Source of the DNA: Vulcanimicrobiota bacterium
GTDB lineage: Bacteria; Vulcanimicrobiota; Vulcanimicrobiia; Vulcanimicrobiales; Vulcanimicrobiaceae
DNA length: 64,000 nt
Assembly: GCA_963812155.1 (NCBI GenBank)
Contig: CAWETW010000001.1
Span: 672,001 to 736,000 of the forward strand
Direction: 5' to 3'
The notes under the pieces: model-generated
The model's database searches: none
Told to the model about the DNA's origin: nothing
Seen by the model: the letters and a program-made list of their open reading frames with translations, nothing else
Part shown: in pieces, positions 41,481 to 51,853 of the stretch
Layout of the letters: each line of letters starts with the position of its first letter
Numbering within the stretch: the stretch's first letter is position 1
Translations under genes and position numbers: made by a program

Positions 41481-43978
41481 AGGCAGTCGTTATGGCCGGG
41501 GGCGAGGGCTCGCGCCTGCGTCCGCTGACGTCGAGCCGCCCAAAGCCCCTCGCGCCGGTCGCCAACAAGCCGGTGATGCATCACATCGTCGATTTGCTGC
41601 GCCGCCACGGCGTTACCGAAGTCGTCGCGACGCTGCACTATCTCGCCGACGAGATCGAAAACTACTTCGGCGACGGCTCGGAACACGGCGTCTCGATGGC
41701 CTACGTCGTCGAAGACACGCCGCTCGGCACGGCGGGCGCGGTGAAGCTCGCCGAACCGCTGCTCGGCGACGAACGCTTCCTGATCGTTTCCGGCGACGCG
41801 CTTACCGACATCGACCTCAGCGAGCTGCTTGCCTTCCACAAGAGCCGCGGCGCGGCGGTAACGATCGCGCTGCAGCGCGTTCCCAACCCGCTGGAGTTCG
41901 GCGTCGTCGTCACCGACGAGCACGGACGCATCACGCGCTTTCTCGAGAAGCCGTCGTGGGGTGAGATCTTCTCGGACACGATCAACACCGGCATCTACGT
42001 GCTCGAACCCGAGATCTTCGCGTACATGGAGAGCGGCAAGAACTACGATTTCTCGCGCGATCTGTTTCCGCTGATGCTGCGCGACGGCAAACCGATTTTC
42101 GGACACGTCGTCGGCGGCTACTGGAGCGACATCGGCAACCTGCAGCAGTATCTGCAGGCCAACTACGACGCGCTTTCCGGCGCCGTGCGCGTGGAGATTC
42201 CGGGAACGCAGATTCGCCCCGGCATTTGGGTCGGTGAAGACTGCCGGATCTCACCCGACGCGCAGTTGCACGGCCCGCTCGCCATCGGACGCAACGTGAC
42301 GATCGAAGCCGGCGCCGTCATCGAAGAGCTGACGGCAATCGGATCGTCGTCGATCGTCGCCGAAAACGCGCGCCTCCACCGGACCGTCGCGTGGGACGAC
42401 GTCTATGTCGGCGAGAATTCGAGCCTCACGGGTTGCACGCTCGCCGACCGCGTCATCGTGAAGGACCGCGTGACGATCATGGAAGGTGCGGTAATCGGGC
42501 GCGGCAGCACGCTCGGCAGCGGCTCGACCGTGCCGTCGAACATCAAACTCTGGCCCGAAAAATCGGTTGCGGCCGGCTCGATCGTATCGATGTCGCTGAT
42601 CTACGGCATCAAGTGGCCGGGCTCGCTCTTCGGCGCCGACGGCGTATCGGGGCTCGCGAATATCGAAATCACGCCGGAGTTCGCGCTCAGATTCGGGCAA
42701 GCGATCGGTTCGGTACTGCATCCGGGGCAAACGCTGATGACGAGCCGCGACGCGCATCCGGCCTCGCGTCTCACCAACCGCTGCATCATCGCGGGCGCGC
42801 TCTCGGTCGGCGTCAACGTGCAGGATCTGCGCGAGCTGCCAACGCCGGTTTCGCGTTACGCCGTGCGCGCGTGGGGCGACGCGTGCATTCACACCGGTAT
42901 TTCGCCCCACGATCCCGACCGTTACTTGCTCGAGTTCTTCGATAGTCACGGCGTGAACGTCGACAAGTCAACCGAGCGCAAAGTCGAGAACATCTTTTTC
43001 CGTGAAGATTTTCGGCGTACGCCGATGGAGGCGGTCGGCAATCTGAGTTTTCCCGAGCGTACGCTCGAAGGGTACAGCAACGGATTCCTCGCCGCGCTCA
43101 ATCCGCAAGCGATGTCGGGCGCGAATCTACGGGTGGTTATCGACTATGCGTACGGAAGCTCGTCGCTCATCTTGCCGCGCATTCTCAGCAATCTCGGCGT
43201 CGAGCTGATCGCGCTCAACGCGTTTTTCGACAACACGAAGGTGCTGACGTTTGCGCGCAACCGCAAGCGTCACCTCGAACAACTCAGCAACGTTACGACG
43301 TCGCTCGGCGCCAATCTGGGGATTCTGCTCGACCAGCACGGTGAAGCGCTGGCGATCGTCGACGACAAGGGCCGCATCATCGAGGACAGCCGGCTTCTGG
43401 CGCTGCTCATCATGCTGGTCGCGCGCTGCGTTCCCAACGCGCGGGTCGCCGTGCCGGTGATGGCGCCGCGTGCGATCGAAACGGTCGCCGAAGCGCTCGG
43501 CGCGACGGTCGTGCGCACGCGCAGCGACCGCCGTTCGCTGATGGCGTTCGCCGCCGAACAGGGCGCGTCGCTGGCGTTTGCCGGCGGCGCCAACTGCGAG
43601 CTCATTTTCCCCGAGTTCCAACCGGTCTTCGATTCGCTCTACGCGGCGGCGAAGATCATGGAGTTGATTGCGGCGCAGGGCGGTCCGCTCAGCGCGATCG
43701 TCGACGAACTTCCCGTTTGGCATCTGGCGACGCGCCGCGATCACTGCCCGTGGGAACGCAAGGGTCAAATCATGCGCCGCCTGCTCGACGAAACCAACGG
43801 CGAAAACGTCGAGCTCACCGACGGCATTCGCATCGGGCGCGACGGCGGTTGGGTGCTCGTGCTTCCCGACGCCTCCGAGCCGCAGTTCAACGTATACGCC
43901 GAAGGACGTTCCGACGAAGAGGCCCGGCAATATGCCGATGAAATTACGGAACGAATCGATCGATTGGTATCAACGTAG
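41477..43978 (+). CDS. Sugar-1-phosphate nucleotidyltransferase (mannose-1-P guanylyltransferase-like) + LbH + phosphohexomutase-like fusion
   Basis: [35 protein letters not shown]; hexapeptide region; LFG.DGVSG mutase N-terminus and WVLVLPD.SEP C-terminus. Confidence 0.88.
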   Translation: MKAVVMAGGEGSRLRPLTSSRPKPLAPVANKPVMHHIVDLLRRHGVTEVVATLHYLADEIENYFGDGSEHGVSMAYVVEDTPLGTAGAVKLAEPLLGDERFLIVSGDALTDIDLSELLAFHKSRGAAVTIALQRVPNPLEFGVVVTDEHGRITRFLEKPSWGEIFSDTINTGIYVLEPEIFAYMESGKNYDFSRDLFPLMLRDGKPIFGHVVGGYWSDIGNLQQYLQANYDALSGAVRVEIPGTQIRPGIWVGEDCRISPDAQLHGPLAIGRNVTIEAGAVIEELTAIGSSSIVAENARLHRTVAWDDVYVGENSSLTGCTLADRVIVKDRVTIMEGAVIGRGSTLGSGSTVPSNIKLWPEKSVAAGSIVSMSLIYGIKWPGSLFGADGVSGLANIEITPEFALRFGQAIGSVLHPGQTLMTSRDAHPASRLTNRCIIAGALSVGVNVQDLRELPTPVSRYAVRAWGDACIHTGISPHDPDRYLLEFFDSHGVNVDKSTERKVENIFFREDFRRTPMEAVGNLSFPERTLEGYSNGFLAALNPQAMSGANLRVVIDYAYGSSSLILPRILSNLGVELIALNAFFDNTKVLTFARNRKRHLEQLSNVTTSLGANLGILLDQHGEALAIVDDKGRIIEDSRLLALLIMLVARCVPNARVAVPVMAPRAIETVAEALGATVVRTRSDRRSLMAFAAEQGASLAFAGGANCELIFPEFQPVFDSLYAAAKIMELIAAQGGPLSAIVDELPVWHLATRRDHCPWERKGQIMRRLLDETNGENVELTDGIRIGRDGGWVLVLPDASEPQFNVYAEGRSDEEARQYADEITERIDRLVST

Positions 43979-44001
43979 CTCGAAGGGGAGCCTTCAAGAC
44001 G

Positions 44002-44979
44002 TCATCCCTTTTGGCTCACGACGGCGCTAAACGGCTGATACAGGCCCTGCGTGAAGCTACTAACGAGCGTGCCGTCGGAGAGGCGATAGATTTGGACGGC
44101 GTTGGCGGCGTAGTCCGGAACGATTACGAGATCGGCTCGCCGCGAAAAGCCGTACGTTAAGAACGTCTGCGCGAAGGGCACTTTCCCGACAAGAGTGGAT
44201 TTATTGCCGCTCACCTGCACCTTTAGCGCCTCCGCGCCGCCGTTTCCGGAATGCCCGGTGCCCATCAGAAACGACGGATTCACCCACACGATCGCACTGG
44301 AAGCGGATTGACGCGCCGGCCCTTGGACGAGCCTAAACGTCGAATGACCCGGTGCCAGTTTGAACAAGTGGACGTAGCCTGCTCGATAGCAATCGGAATA
44401 TCCGCAGGCGATGCCGGTCGCATACAACGTGCGTTGATCGTCGTACGTTAGAAAGTATGCGCGGTAAAAGTTGGTTTTGGGACCGTAAGACTTTCCGGGC
44501 TTTTGACCGTGGGGATAGACGACGACTTCGGCATAGGAGCGAAAGTGGCCGTAGGGATGCTCGTAGGAAACTGCAAGATTGCCGGTCGCGTTATCGACGG
44601 CGCAGGCGTAAGGAAGTCCCAGTTTCGCCGTAATGGTCGCGATCGGCGCAGATCCGCCATGTGCATACTCGTAGACGTTGCCGCTCGCGTAATCGGTGAT
44701 CCAAACGTCGCCGGCGTTGTCGGTGCACATCCCTTGCGGCGAAGTGAAGCCGGTGAGGGTGCCCACTTGTACGATATCGTTGCCGTCGTTATACGTGTAG
44801 ACCGTAACGTTGGAGGCGTTGGAGACGTACAGCAGATTCGTCTGGCCGCTCGCAGCCGGCGACATCGTCGATGCGAGCGGGGCGTTGTGAGGCGGCGCCG
44901 TCTGCGCGAGCCCCGAGCAGCCGGCCAGCATTGCCAGCAGCACGCAAGCAGCGTGTGTTCGGACAAGGTGAATGCGCAT
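44002..44979 (-). CDS. Secreted beta-propeller lipoprotein
   Basis: Lipobox LAGC; LLYVSN, PQGMC.D..GDVWIT, CAVD..TGNLAV. Confidence 0.8.
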   Translation of the reverse strand: MRIHLVRTHAACVLLAMLAGCSGLAQTAPPHNAPLASTMSPAASGQTNLLYVSNASNVTVYTYNDGNDIVQVGTLTGFTSPQGMCTDNAGDVWITDYASGNVYEYAHGGSAPIATITAKLGLPYACAVDNATGNLAVSYEHPYGHFRSYAEVVVYPHGQKPGKSYGPKTNFYRAYFLTYDDQRTLYATGIACGYSDCYRAGYVHLFKLAPGHSTFRLVQGPARQSASSAIVWVNPSFLMGTGHSGNGGAEALKVQVSGNKSTLVGKVPFAQTFLTYGFSRRADLVIVPDYAANAVQIYRLSDGTLVSSFTQGLYQPFSAVVSQKG

Positions 44980-45061
44980 GAGTGGGCCTTCCTTACGTAA
45001 CGACCGTTTTCGTTTCCGCACGTCTCAGGGTCAGCCTGCATGCTTCGTCGAAGGAAAGATC

Positions 45062-46042
45062 ATGCTTAGGATTTCTGCCATTGGCCGTGCCGGTCTTATA
45101 GCGAGCGCCTTAGCCTTATCCGCATGCGCCGGCGACCGCCAGGCCGGACTGCCGGCCGGTTCGTTTAATCAACGCAATGAGCCGGCGCGAACCGGCTCTT
45201 GGATGGATCCCGCAGCGCTACACGGCATCCTCATTTACGTGGGCTTCTTCGGAACGGTTGACGTGTACAGTTATCCGAAAGGAACGTTAGTCGGGCAGCT
45301 CACGCTCAACGATGCGCGGGCGATGTGCTCGGACAAGTCGGGCAACGTCTGGATCGGCAACGAACAACGCAACGGTTCGCAGATGGTCGAGTACGCGCGC
45401 GGTGCGACGCAGCCCACCGCACAACTGTTTTCATATGCGCCGCAGGGATGCGCCATCGACCCGAAGAGCGGCGACCTCGCCGTGGTCGGTTATGGAGACG
45501 GCACCGGTAAGCAAAATCTTGAGATCTACCATCAAGCGCAGGGTTTGCCCCACACGTACTCGTCGCACGTTCTCAAGACGTGGTACTTCTGCGCCTACGA
45601 TTCGAAGGGCGATCTCATTATCCAAGGAGACGTGCCGACGGGTTACGGCGACGCCGGGTACGCGGAGCTGCTGCGTGGGCATCAGCAATTTACGCCCGTC
45701 AATATCACGACCAGATACGGCAGCGGCGGCGTCCAGTGGGACGGCAAGTATTTCGTGATGGCCTACGAAAACGATTATCAGCTATGGCGCTATTCGATCG
45801 ACAACGGCAACGCGACGTTCATCGATAATATTAACCTCCCCATAAAACAGCCGTACTGGTTCCGTAGCTTTTGGCTGTCGGGGAAAACGATCTACGCGAG
45901 TTCGATTGAGGAGGAAGGCTCGAGTGGCCCGACGATTGCCGGTTATCCATATCCTGCCGGCTTCCCGGCAGAAAATCCCTTCGTCGTCGGCGTATATCCT
46001 TACGCGATGACCGTCAGCGTTCCACCGAAGAGGTCCATATGA
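45062..46042 (+). CDS. Secreted beta-propeller lipoprotein (same family as the divergent neighbour)
   Basis: Lipobox LSAC; GSWMDP..LIYV, MCSDKSGNVWI, CAIDPKSGDLAV, CAYD.KGDL, GGVQWDGKY. Confidence 0.8.
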   Translation: MLRISAIGRAGLIASALALSACAGDRQAGLPAGSFNQRNEPARTGSWMDPAALHGILIYVGFFGTVDVYSYPKGTLVGQLTLNDARAMCSDKSGNVWIGNEQRNGSQMVEYARGATQPTAQLFSYAPQGCAIDPKSGDLAVVGYGDGTGKQNLEIYHQAQGLPHTYSSHVLKTWYFCAYDSKGDLIIQGDVPTGYGDAGYAELLRGHQQFTPVNITTRYGSGGVQWDGKYFVMAYENDYQLWRYSIDNGNATFIDNINLPIKQPYWFRSFWLSGKTIYASSIEEEGSSGPTIAGYPYPAGFPAENPFVVGVYPYAMTVSVPPKRSI

Positions 46043-47481
46043 AGCGCAGCTTTGGCTTCCTGTCGGCAATTTCGGCTGCATTTATCCTGGGCGCCTGCAG
46101 CTCCACTATCACGACCAATGTGCCCGCGCCCGGGCCGACACATTCTTCCGTGCCGGGAACGCCGATTCAGCACGTCATTATCGTCTTTCAAGAGAACCGC
46201 AGCTTCAACAATCTCTTTATGAAGTTTCCAGGCGCGGACACGAGCACGATTGGACGGTGCGTGCCGTATACGCCGCCGGGCTTCAAAGAGATTTGTAACG
46301 ACCCCGATCCTCAGAAACACGTCGTGCGGATGCACCCCATCACGTTGGAGACGTGCGGCTGCCTCGGGGGAACCGATATCTCGCATACCCACGCGTCGCT
46401 CGAACTGGAATACAACGGCGGCAAGATGGATGGGTTCGACAGAATCTCACTCGGCACGAGTGGTTCGCTCGGCCCTGCGAAATTCTATCCGTACGCGTAC
46501 GTCGAACGTTCCGAGGTTCAACCGTATTGGGATATGGCGAGCCAATACGGCCTCGCGGATCACATGTTCTCCACGGCCACGACCGACAGTTTCGTCGCAC
46601 ATCAGGAGATCATCGCGGGCACGAACGAGTTAAACGATCATATGGCGCTCACCGACGTTCCATCGGGTATTCCGTGGGGCTGCGACGCGCCGAGCGGTAC
46701 GGTTACCGGCGTCATCTACTCGAATGGTCGCGTAGACGATTTCGGCGGACCGTTTCCGTGTTTGACCGAGTATGGAACGATGGCCGACGTGCTCGATGCT
46801 GCCGGCGTATCCTGGAAGTACTACGTGGAATCATACGATCTCAATTCGCCGTACGTCGATTTCGGCGGGCGCGTGTGGAATGCGTTCGACGTCATCAAGC
46901 GCGTTCGGTACGGATCGGACTGGAAGAACGTCACCATCCCGAACACCAAAGTCTTCGCGGATATCAAAAGCGGCCGGCTGCCGCAAGTGTCGTGGGTGAT
47001 TCCCAGCCTGGCCACATCCGATCACCCCGCCAGCGGATACAAACTCGGGCCTTCGTGGGTAACGTCCGTCGTCAACGCCGTCGGCAAGAGCCAATATTGG
47101 AAAAATACGGCGATCCTCGTCATGTGGGACGACTGGGGCGGTTTTTACGATAACGTTCCTCCGCCTCAGCTAGATTACACCAGCCTCGGAATGCGCGTAC
47201 CGCTGATCGTAGTGTCGCCCTACGCAAAGCACCATTTCGTCTCAAAGACGCAGTACGAGTTCGGAAGCGTACTGAGGTTTATCGAACAAACCTTTGGGAC
47301 GAAATCGTTGGGATCCACCGACGTGCGAGCCAATTCAATCGTCGATATGTTCGACTTCGGCCAGTCGCCATCCACGTTTAAACCGTTCCACGCTCAGTAC
47401 GGGCAGCGATACCTCATGGACCACCAACACTTTGAAGCAAGCGACAAACTCATCGAGCGCAACGGGGGCCCACCCGACTAA
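46039..47481 (+). CDS. Phosphoesterase family (phospholipase C/acid phosphatase) lipoprotein
   Basis: IQHVII.FQENRSFNN, LADHMF, SDHP, WDDWGGFYD.VPPP, G.RVP.IVVSPY. Confidence 0.88.
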   Translation: MKRSFGFLSAISAAFILGACSSTITTNVPAPGPTHSSVPGTPIQHVIIVFQENRSFNNLFMKFPGADTSTIGRCVPYTPPGFKEICNDPDPQKHVVRMHPITLETCGCLGGTDISHTHASLELEYNGGKMDGFDRISLGTSGSLGPAKFYPYAYVERSEVQPYWDMASQYGLADHMFSTATTDSFVAHQEIIAGTNELNDHMALTDVPSGIPWGCDAPSGTVTGVIYSNGRVDDFGGPFPCLTEYGTMADVLDAAGVSWKYYVESYDLNSPYVDFGGRVWNAFDVIKRVRYGSDWKNVTIPNTKVFADIKSGRLPQVSWVIPSLATSDHPASGYKLGPSWVTSVVNAVGKSQYWKNTAILVMWDDWGGFYDNVPPPQLDYTSLGMRVPLIVVSPYAKHHFVSKTQYEFGSVLRFIEQTFGTKSLGSTDVRANSIVDMFDFGQSPSTFKPFHAQYGQRYLMDHQHFEASDKLIERNGGPPD

Positions 47482-47496
47482 GCGGCGCCCCTTCGT

Positions 47497-47570
47497 CCTT
47501 CGACTGCGCTTCGCTCCGCTCAGGATGACACGGTAAGATGCGCCTGCGGGCGCTTCGCTCAGGATGACAC
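47497..47570 (+). repeat. REP-like element plus a partial second copy
   Basis: ccttcgactgcgcttcgctccgctcaggatgacac, then gcgcctgcgggcgcttcgctcaggatgacac (31 bp identical to 57817-57847). Confidence 0.8.
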
Positions 47571-47630
47571 AGATTGGGGCGCGCCTGCCTCGACGGTGAC
47601 ACCAAAGTGATGCCGCGCGTAGCGCGGCAC

Positions 47631-48782
47631 CTATTGTTTGAGTTCGTGGAGTGTGTTGGTGTCGGTGTCGGTGTAGAATAGCGCCGTGTCGCTGTCGGTG
47701 GTTCCGGTTGCGAGCAGGCCGAAGACGTGGGCCGTCATGCTCGCGTCGAGCGTTTTGGTCGCAAGCACTTTTCCGCCGGGCGTCATCTCCACAAGTTTGT
47801 TTCCGCCTTTGGTATTCGCAACGATCAGGTTGCCGTTGGGCAGCAGCGCCGAAGCGACCGGCGCGTTTAGCGGCGAGCCGCTATGGACGAGCTTCGCACA
47901 GGTGGAGGTCGGATGCTTGCAATTGAACGTTTTCCCTCCCGGCTGCACGACGATCTCGTCCTTATCGAGGAGATTGCTGGCGTTCGAAACCGAGACGACC
48001 GTGTTATTGGTTCCGTCAACGATGTAGAGGGTGTCGTTGCAGAGGCTGCCGGTCTTATGGCTGTTATACTGGATTCCGGACGGACCTAAAACGCTCCAAC
48101 CCGAGCCGTGGTTCACGGCGAAACCCTTGATCACTTCGGTGAACGTCGTTTGGCCGGTCACGGCGGTAAACGCGACTTTGATAAGCGTTCCGGTCTTGGA
48201 ATCGGAGACGTAGATGTCCTCGGGCGCGTACGGCTCTCCGCAGTACGCGTCGCCGTCAGCGAACGGCGCGCTGATGTCCGTGCTAAAACTCTTCTCGAAC
48301 GTGCCGCCCTGATCGTACTTCGCAAGGAGCTTGCTGAGCATTCCCGTCGCGTAGACTTGGTTTTGCTCGGTGATCGCATCGCCGTCGCAGCCCTGGATCT
48401 TCGTGTCTTGCGTAAAGGTCGCCGGCTTTGAGTGCGGCTTCGGATTGAGGATTTCGATCGTGGAACCTTTTCCGGCGGCGCCGGTGGAGTCTTCGAAGTT
48501 GCACAAGAGCAGTTGGCCCGCCTTGAGCACGAACGTGGATCTTACGAGCGTAATTGCGCGCGGCCCCTTATCGCCGTTATGTGCATCAACCGTCGAACCG
48601 ATGACGACGTCCGTCGTCAGTTTCTTTAAAATCGACGAGAGATCGTCCGGAGCGACGGAACGTGCGTACGGCGCAGAGGCGGGCGACGAACCGGTTGGAA
48701 CGGTCGTGTTGCCTCCACACGCCGAGGTCGCAAGCAGTATTCCCGCGACGAGCACGAGCATGCGATTGTTGAAAGACGGCAT
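47631..48782 (-). CDS. Hypothetical secreted lipoprotein (probable beta-propeller)
   Basis: Lipobox TSAC; beta-rich repeats IYVSD, LYIVD, LIVAN, LFYTD. Confidence 0.75.
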   Translation of the reverse strand: MPSFNNRMLVLVAGILLATSACGGNTTVPTGSSPASAPYARSVAPDDLSSILKKLTTDVVIGSTVDAHNGDKGPRAITLVRSTFVLKAGQLLLCNFEDSTGAAGKGSTIEILNPKPHSKPATFTQDTKIQGCDGDAITEQNQVYATGMLSKLLAKYDQGGTFEKSFSTDISAPFADGDAYCGEPYAPEDIYVSDSKTGTLIKVAFTAVTGQTTFTEVIKGFAVNHGSGWSVLGPSGIQYNSHKTGSLCNDTLYIVDGTNNTVVSVSNASNLLDKDEIVVQPGGKTFNCKHPTSTCAKLVHSGSPLNAPVASALLPNGNLIVANTKGGNKLVEMTPGGKVLATKTLDASMTAHVFGLLATGTTDSDTALFYTDTDTNTLHELKQ

Positions 48783-49001
48783 TCTAAACCTCACTCCTGA
48801 CACAGCGATGACGAACCTTCCGGTTCGAAGCGCCTCTTCCGTCGCCTGCAAGAGCAAGCGGACGTCGCGCCGTCCGGGGTGTGCAAGGTCGGCGGCACCA
48901 GCTCGATTAAGAAGCGGCCTTGCGGGCACTTCGACTCGCCGAGCCGGGCGGTCTCGGTCGAGATCTCATCTGCGATCGTTCACTCGGGGGAGACTAATTT
49001 C

Positions 49002-50027
49002 ATGAATCCGACTGGTTTGGCAAAATACGCCGGTGCGCTCGTTGCACTCGCGATGTGCTCGGCGTGTGCCGGCGGCTCGGCGGTCGCGCCGTCGAGCAGT
49101 GCGCCAAACGTCCAATACATCGGCCGAACGGCCTCGGTGAACGGCCGGTTGGTCACGGCGGCGCGTCCGAATCCGCACGGCGCCCACTACCACACGATCG
49201 TTTCCGACCTGAACCCGAATACGAAATCCAAGTACTTCGAGTACATCATCAACTTTTACGGCAGCTACGCCGGCATCTTCCACTATCCAATCAAAGAGAG
49301 CGAGACGGGCGAGATCAACGACGTCGGCGGCCAAGGGTGCACGAACGTCCTCCACGGCTACGGGCGCAGAACGTTTTGGATCATGGCAGCCTTCGACAAC
49401 ATGACCGAGTACGTGGTCCCGCATAAGCCGATCAAGACGCTCCCGGCCGTTACCGACGGCAGCATGCCCTCGAGCTGCGCCATGAATAACGACGGCGACC
49501 TCGCGGTCGGAATCTTGGATGGGACGTCCGAGGGCGACGTGCTCATCTTTAAGCACGCGACCGGCTCGGGTACGTTCGTCAAATCGCAGCTGCAACGTGA
49601 GTACTTCGACGGCTACGACAACCTAGGCAATCTTTTCTTCGACGGCTTCACCAGCCAAGGTGACTTTGCGCTGATCGAGCTCCCGAAGGGCAGCAATCAG
49701 ACGCAAGTGATCAAAACCAGCAACACCGTGCAGTTCCCCGGCTCGGTGCAGTGGGACGGCACGTATCTGACCGTTTTCGACCAGATCGCGAACCAGATGT
49801 ATCAATACACGGTCAACGGGACGACCGCGACGCTGCAGCACACCATTTCGTTCGTCGGCGCCAGCGACTGCGCGCAGACCTGGATCGCGAACGGCGTCGT
49901 CTATTGCGGCGACGCGTTCAACAACAACGGTGAGGTTTTTAGCTACCCTGCGGGCGGCTCACCGATTGCCATCTTCACGGGCAATTTCGACGAACCGCTG
50001 GGCACCGTCGCAGCGAAAAGTTTATAG
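49002..50027 (+). CDS. Secreted beta-propeller lipoprotein
   Basis: Lipobox CSAC; CAM...GDLAV, GYD..GNLFFDG, PGSVQWDGTY shared with 45062..46042; RBS ggggag. Confidence 0.8.
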   Translation: MNPTGLAKYAGALVALAMCSACAGGSAVAPSSSAPNVQYIGRTASVNGRLVTAARPNPHGAHYHTIVSDLNPNTKSKYFEYIINFYGSYAGIFHYPIKESETGEINDVGGQGCTNVLHGYGRRTFWIMAAFDNMTEYVVPHKPIKTLPAVTDGSMPSSCAMNNDGDLAVGILDGTSEGDVLIFKHATGSGTFVKSQLQREYFDGYDNLGNLFFDGFTSQGDFALIELPKGSNQTQVIKTSNTVQFPGSVQWDGTYLTVFDQIANQMYQYTVNGTTATLQHTISFVGASDCAQTWIANGVVYCGDAFNNNGEVFSYPAGGSPIAIFTGNFDEPLGTVAAKSL

Positions 50028-50091
50028 TACGATTCTGCTTTTTAACAGGTCTACCGGAACACCAGATTATTCTTCATCAAAGGAGCTATTC

Positions 50092-51354
50092 GTGGACCGA
50101 CTGTTGAAACTCGCCGCGTCGCTGCTTGCGACGCTTGCCATCGCCGCTTGTAGCGCGGGCGGCGCCACAGACGTACCGGCATCGGCCGGCGCGTCCCAAA
50201 CCGGGTCAGTCACGTTTAAACACATTCCGCAGTGGGCAGCGAAGCACGAGGCTCGCACCGCGTGTCCGCAAGTCGTCGGGAGGCCGACGTGCCTGGCGCT
50301 TCAGGTTTTGAAGGGCGGAATCGTCCCGGCTTGCTCGCCGACGACCTGCGGCTTTACGGCCCAGCAACTCGAAAGCGCGTATGGCCTTACAAAGAAGCTG
50401 AACAACGGATCGACGACGACCGTCGCCGTCATCGAAGTCGGCGACCTCGCCAATGCTTCGTCAGATCTCGCCGCATATCGTTCGCAGTTCGGCCTGGGCA
50501 CGGCCAAACTCGTGAAGTACAACGAAAGCGGACAACAGAGCAACTATCCACCCAGCTGTGAAAACTACGGTTGGTGCCTTGAGACCGATCTCGATCTCGA
50601 CATGGTGTCGGCCTCGTGCCCGAAGTGCAACATCATTCTCATGGAGGCCGGCGGCCACTTCTTCACCGATCTCGCAACGGCCGAAGCAGAGGCGGTCACG
50701 CTGGGCGCGACGATCCTCAGCAACAGCTGGATCTGCTACGGCAGTTCGAACTGCGGCATCACGAACTTCACCAGCTACTTCGACACGCCGGGTATTGCGT
50801 ATCTCGCCGGATCCGGCGACGCCGGCTACGACAACATCGGCGCGCCCTCGGCACTCGACAGCGTAATCTCGGTCGGGGGGACGCAACTAGCAGTAAACGG
50901 TTCCGGATTTACCGAGAGTATCTGGAACGACGCCGGCGCGGGATGCGCCGACGCGACACAGGTCGGCACGGCAGTTCCGAAGCCATCGTGGCAACACGAT
51001 CCCGGTTGCGCCAGCCGCACCGACTCCGACATATCGGGCCAGGCGGGCTGTAATCCCGGAGTATCGGTGTATATCGGCCTTTACGGCGGTTGGACCGGCG
51101 TTTGCGGCACGAGCGTCTCGACACCGCTCCTTGCCGGCGTCGTTGCGCTCGAGGGCAACGCTGCGAGTCAAAATGGCGGCGAGTTTGTCTGGGACATTAC
51201 GGGACGGCAGCGACCACACCGCCTGCACGACATAACGAGCGGCGCCGACGGCAGCTGCGGCGGAAGTTATCTCTGCACCGCCGGTACGCATCAATACAAG
51301 ACCTATTCCGGTCCAGGCGGCTGGGGCTCACCCAAAAACATTCGAGCACTCTAG
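50092..51354 (+). CDS. S53 (sedolisin-like) serine peptidase lipoprotein
   Basis: LETDLDLD (Glu/Asp), SNSW, AGSGDAG, VGGT, GTSVSTP (Ser); lipobox IAAC; RBS aaggag. Confidence 0.85.
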   Translation: MDRLLKLAASLLATLAIAACSAGGATDVPASAGASQTGSVTFKHIPQWAAKHEARTACPQVVGRPTCLALQVLKGGIVPACSPTTCGFTAQQLESAYGLTKKLNNGSTTTVAVIEVGDLANASSDLAAYRSQFGLGTAKLVKYNESGQQSNYPPSCENYGWCLETDLDLDMVSASCPKCNIILMEAGGHFFTDLATAEAEAVTLGATILSNSWICYGSSNCGITNFTSYFDTPGIAYLAGSGDAGYDNIGAPSALDSVISVGGTQLAVNGSGFTESIWNDAGAGCADATQVGTAVPKPSWQHDPGCASRTDSDISGQAGCNPGVSVYIGLYGGWTGVCGTSVSTPLLAGVVALEGNAASQNGGEFVWDITGRQRPHRLHDITSGADGSCGGSYLCTAGTHQYKTYSGPGGWGSPKNIRAL

Positions 51355-51378
51355 CCCGCACACTCGTCCAAGAGACAC

Positions 51379-51408
51379 GGGGGCGGGCGCGAGAGCGTCC
51401 GCCCTTCC
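51379..51408. terminator. Hairpin between convergent genes
   Basis: gggcgggcgc-gaga-gcgtccgccc stem with a GNRA loop. Confidence 0.6.
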
Positions 51409-51411
51409 TCG

Positions 51412-51732
51412 TCATCTGCGGGTTTTGCTCTTGTTTGCGGGTTTGGTTTTCTTGGCTCGCTCGGCCAGGGCTCCGACCACGTCGGCGGTCTCCGCTATGA
51501 GGGTGCCGGCCGCTGCTACGGTCACGCCGACCTCGTGGGCGCGGCTCGCTGTTTTCTGAACCTTGCCGGCAACCTTTCGGACCGTTTTCCGCGGATGAGC
51601 AGCCGCGGTTTTGGCGGTCTTGGTCGCGCTTGAAATAACTTTGCCGGTCGCCTTTTTTGCTTTTGCGACAGCGCCTGTGCCGGCGCGCTTTTTCCGGGCG
51701 GGGGTTTTCTTTGCGGTCTTTTTTCCAGGCAT
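51412..51732 (-). CDS. Small Lys/Ala/Thr-rich basic protein
   Basis: MPGKKTAKKTPARKKR...; RBS gggag. Confidence 0.7.
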   Translation of the reverse strand: MPGKKTAKKTPARKKRAGTGAVAKAKKATGKVISSATKTAKTAAAHPRKTVRKVAGKVQKTASRAHEVGVTVAAAGTLIAETADVVGALAERAKKTKPANKSKTRR

Positions 51733-51762
51733 ATGTAGCTCCCTAAACAGTTGCTGCCCAAG

Positions 51763-51788
51763 ATTCCCAACATGCATCGAGACTAAAC
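51763..51788 (-). promoter_or_regulatory. Putative SigB/SigF-type promoter
   Basis: Minus strand GTTTAG-N14-GGGAAT. Confidence 0.55.
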
Positions 51789-51853
51789 GCCTGGTCGTAG
51801 CGATTGACCCTTCTCGGACGGGGGGAAAGGGGTGTCACCGGAGGGCGAAAAGC

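Noticed and set aside
48925..48965. Possible eighth REP copy (cacttcgactcg...)
   Set aside because: It has only the 5' motif and lacks the CGCTCAG..TGACA end
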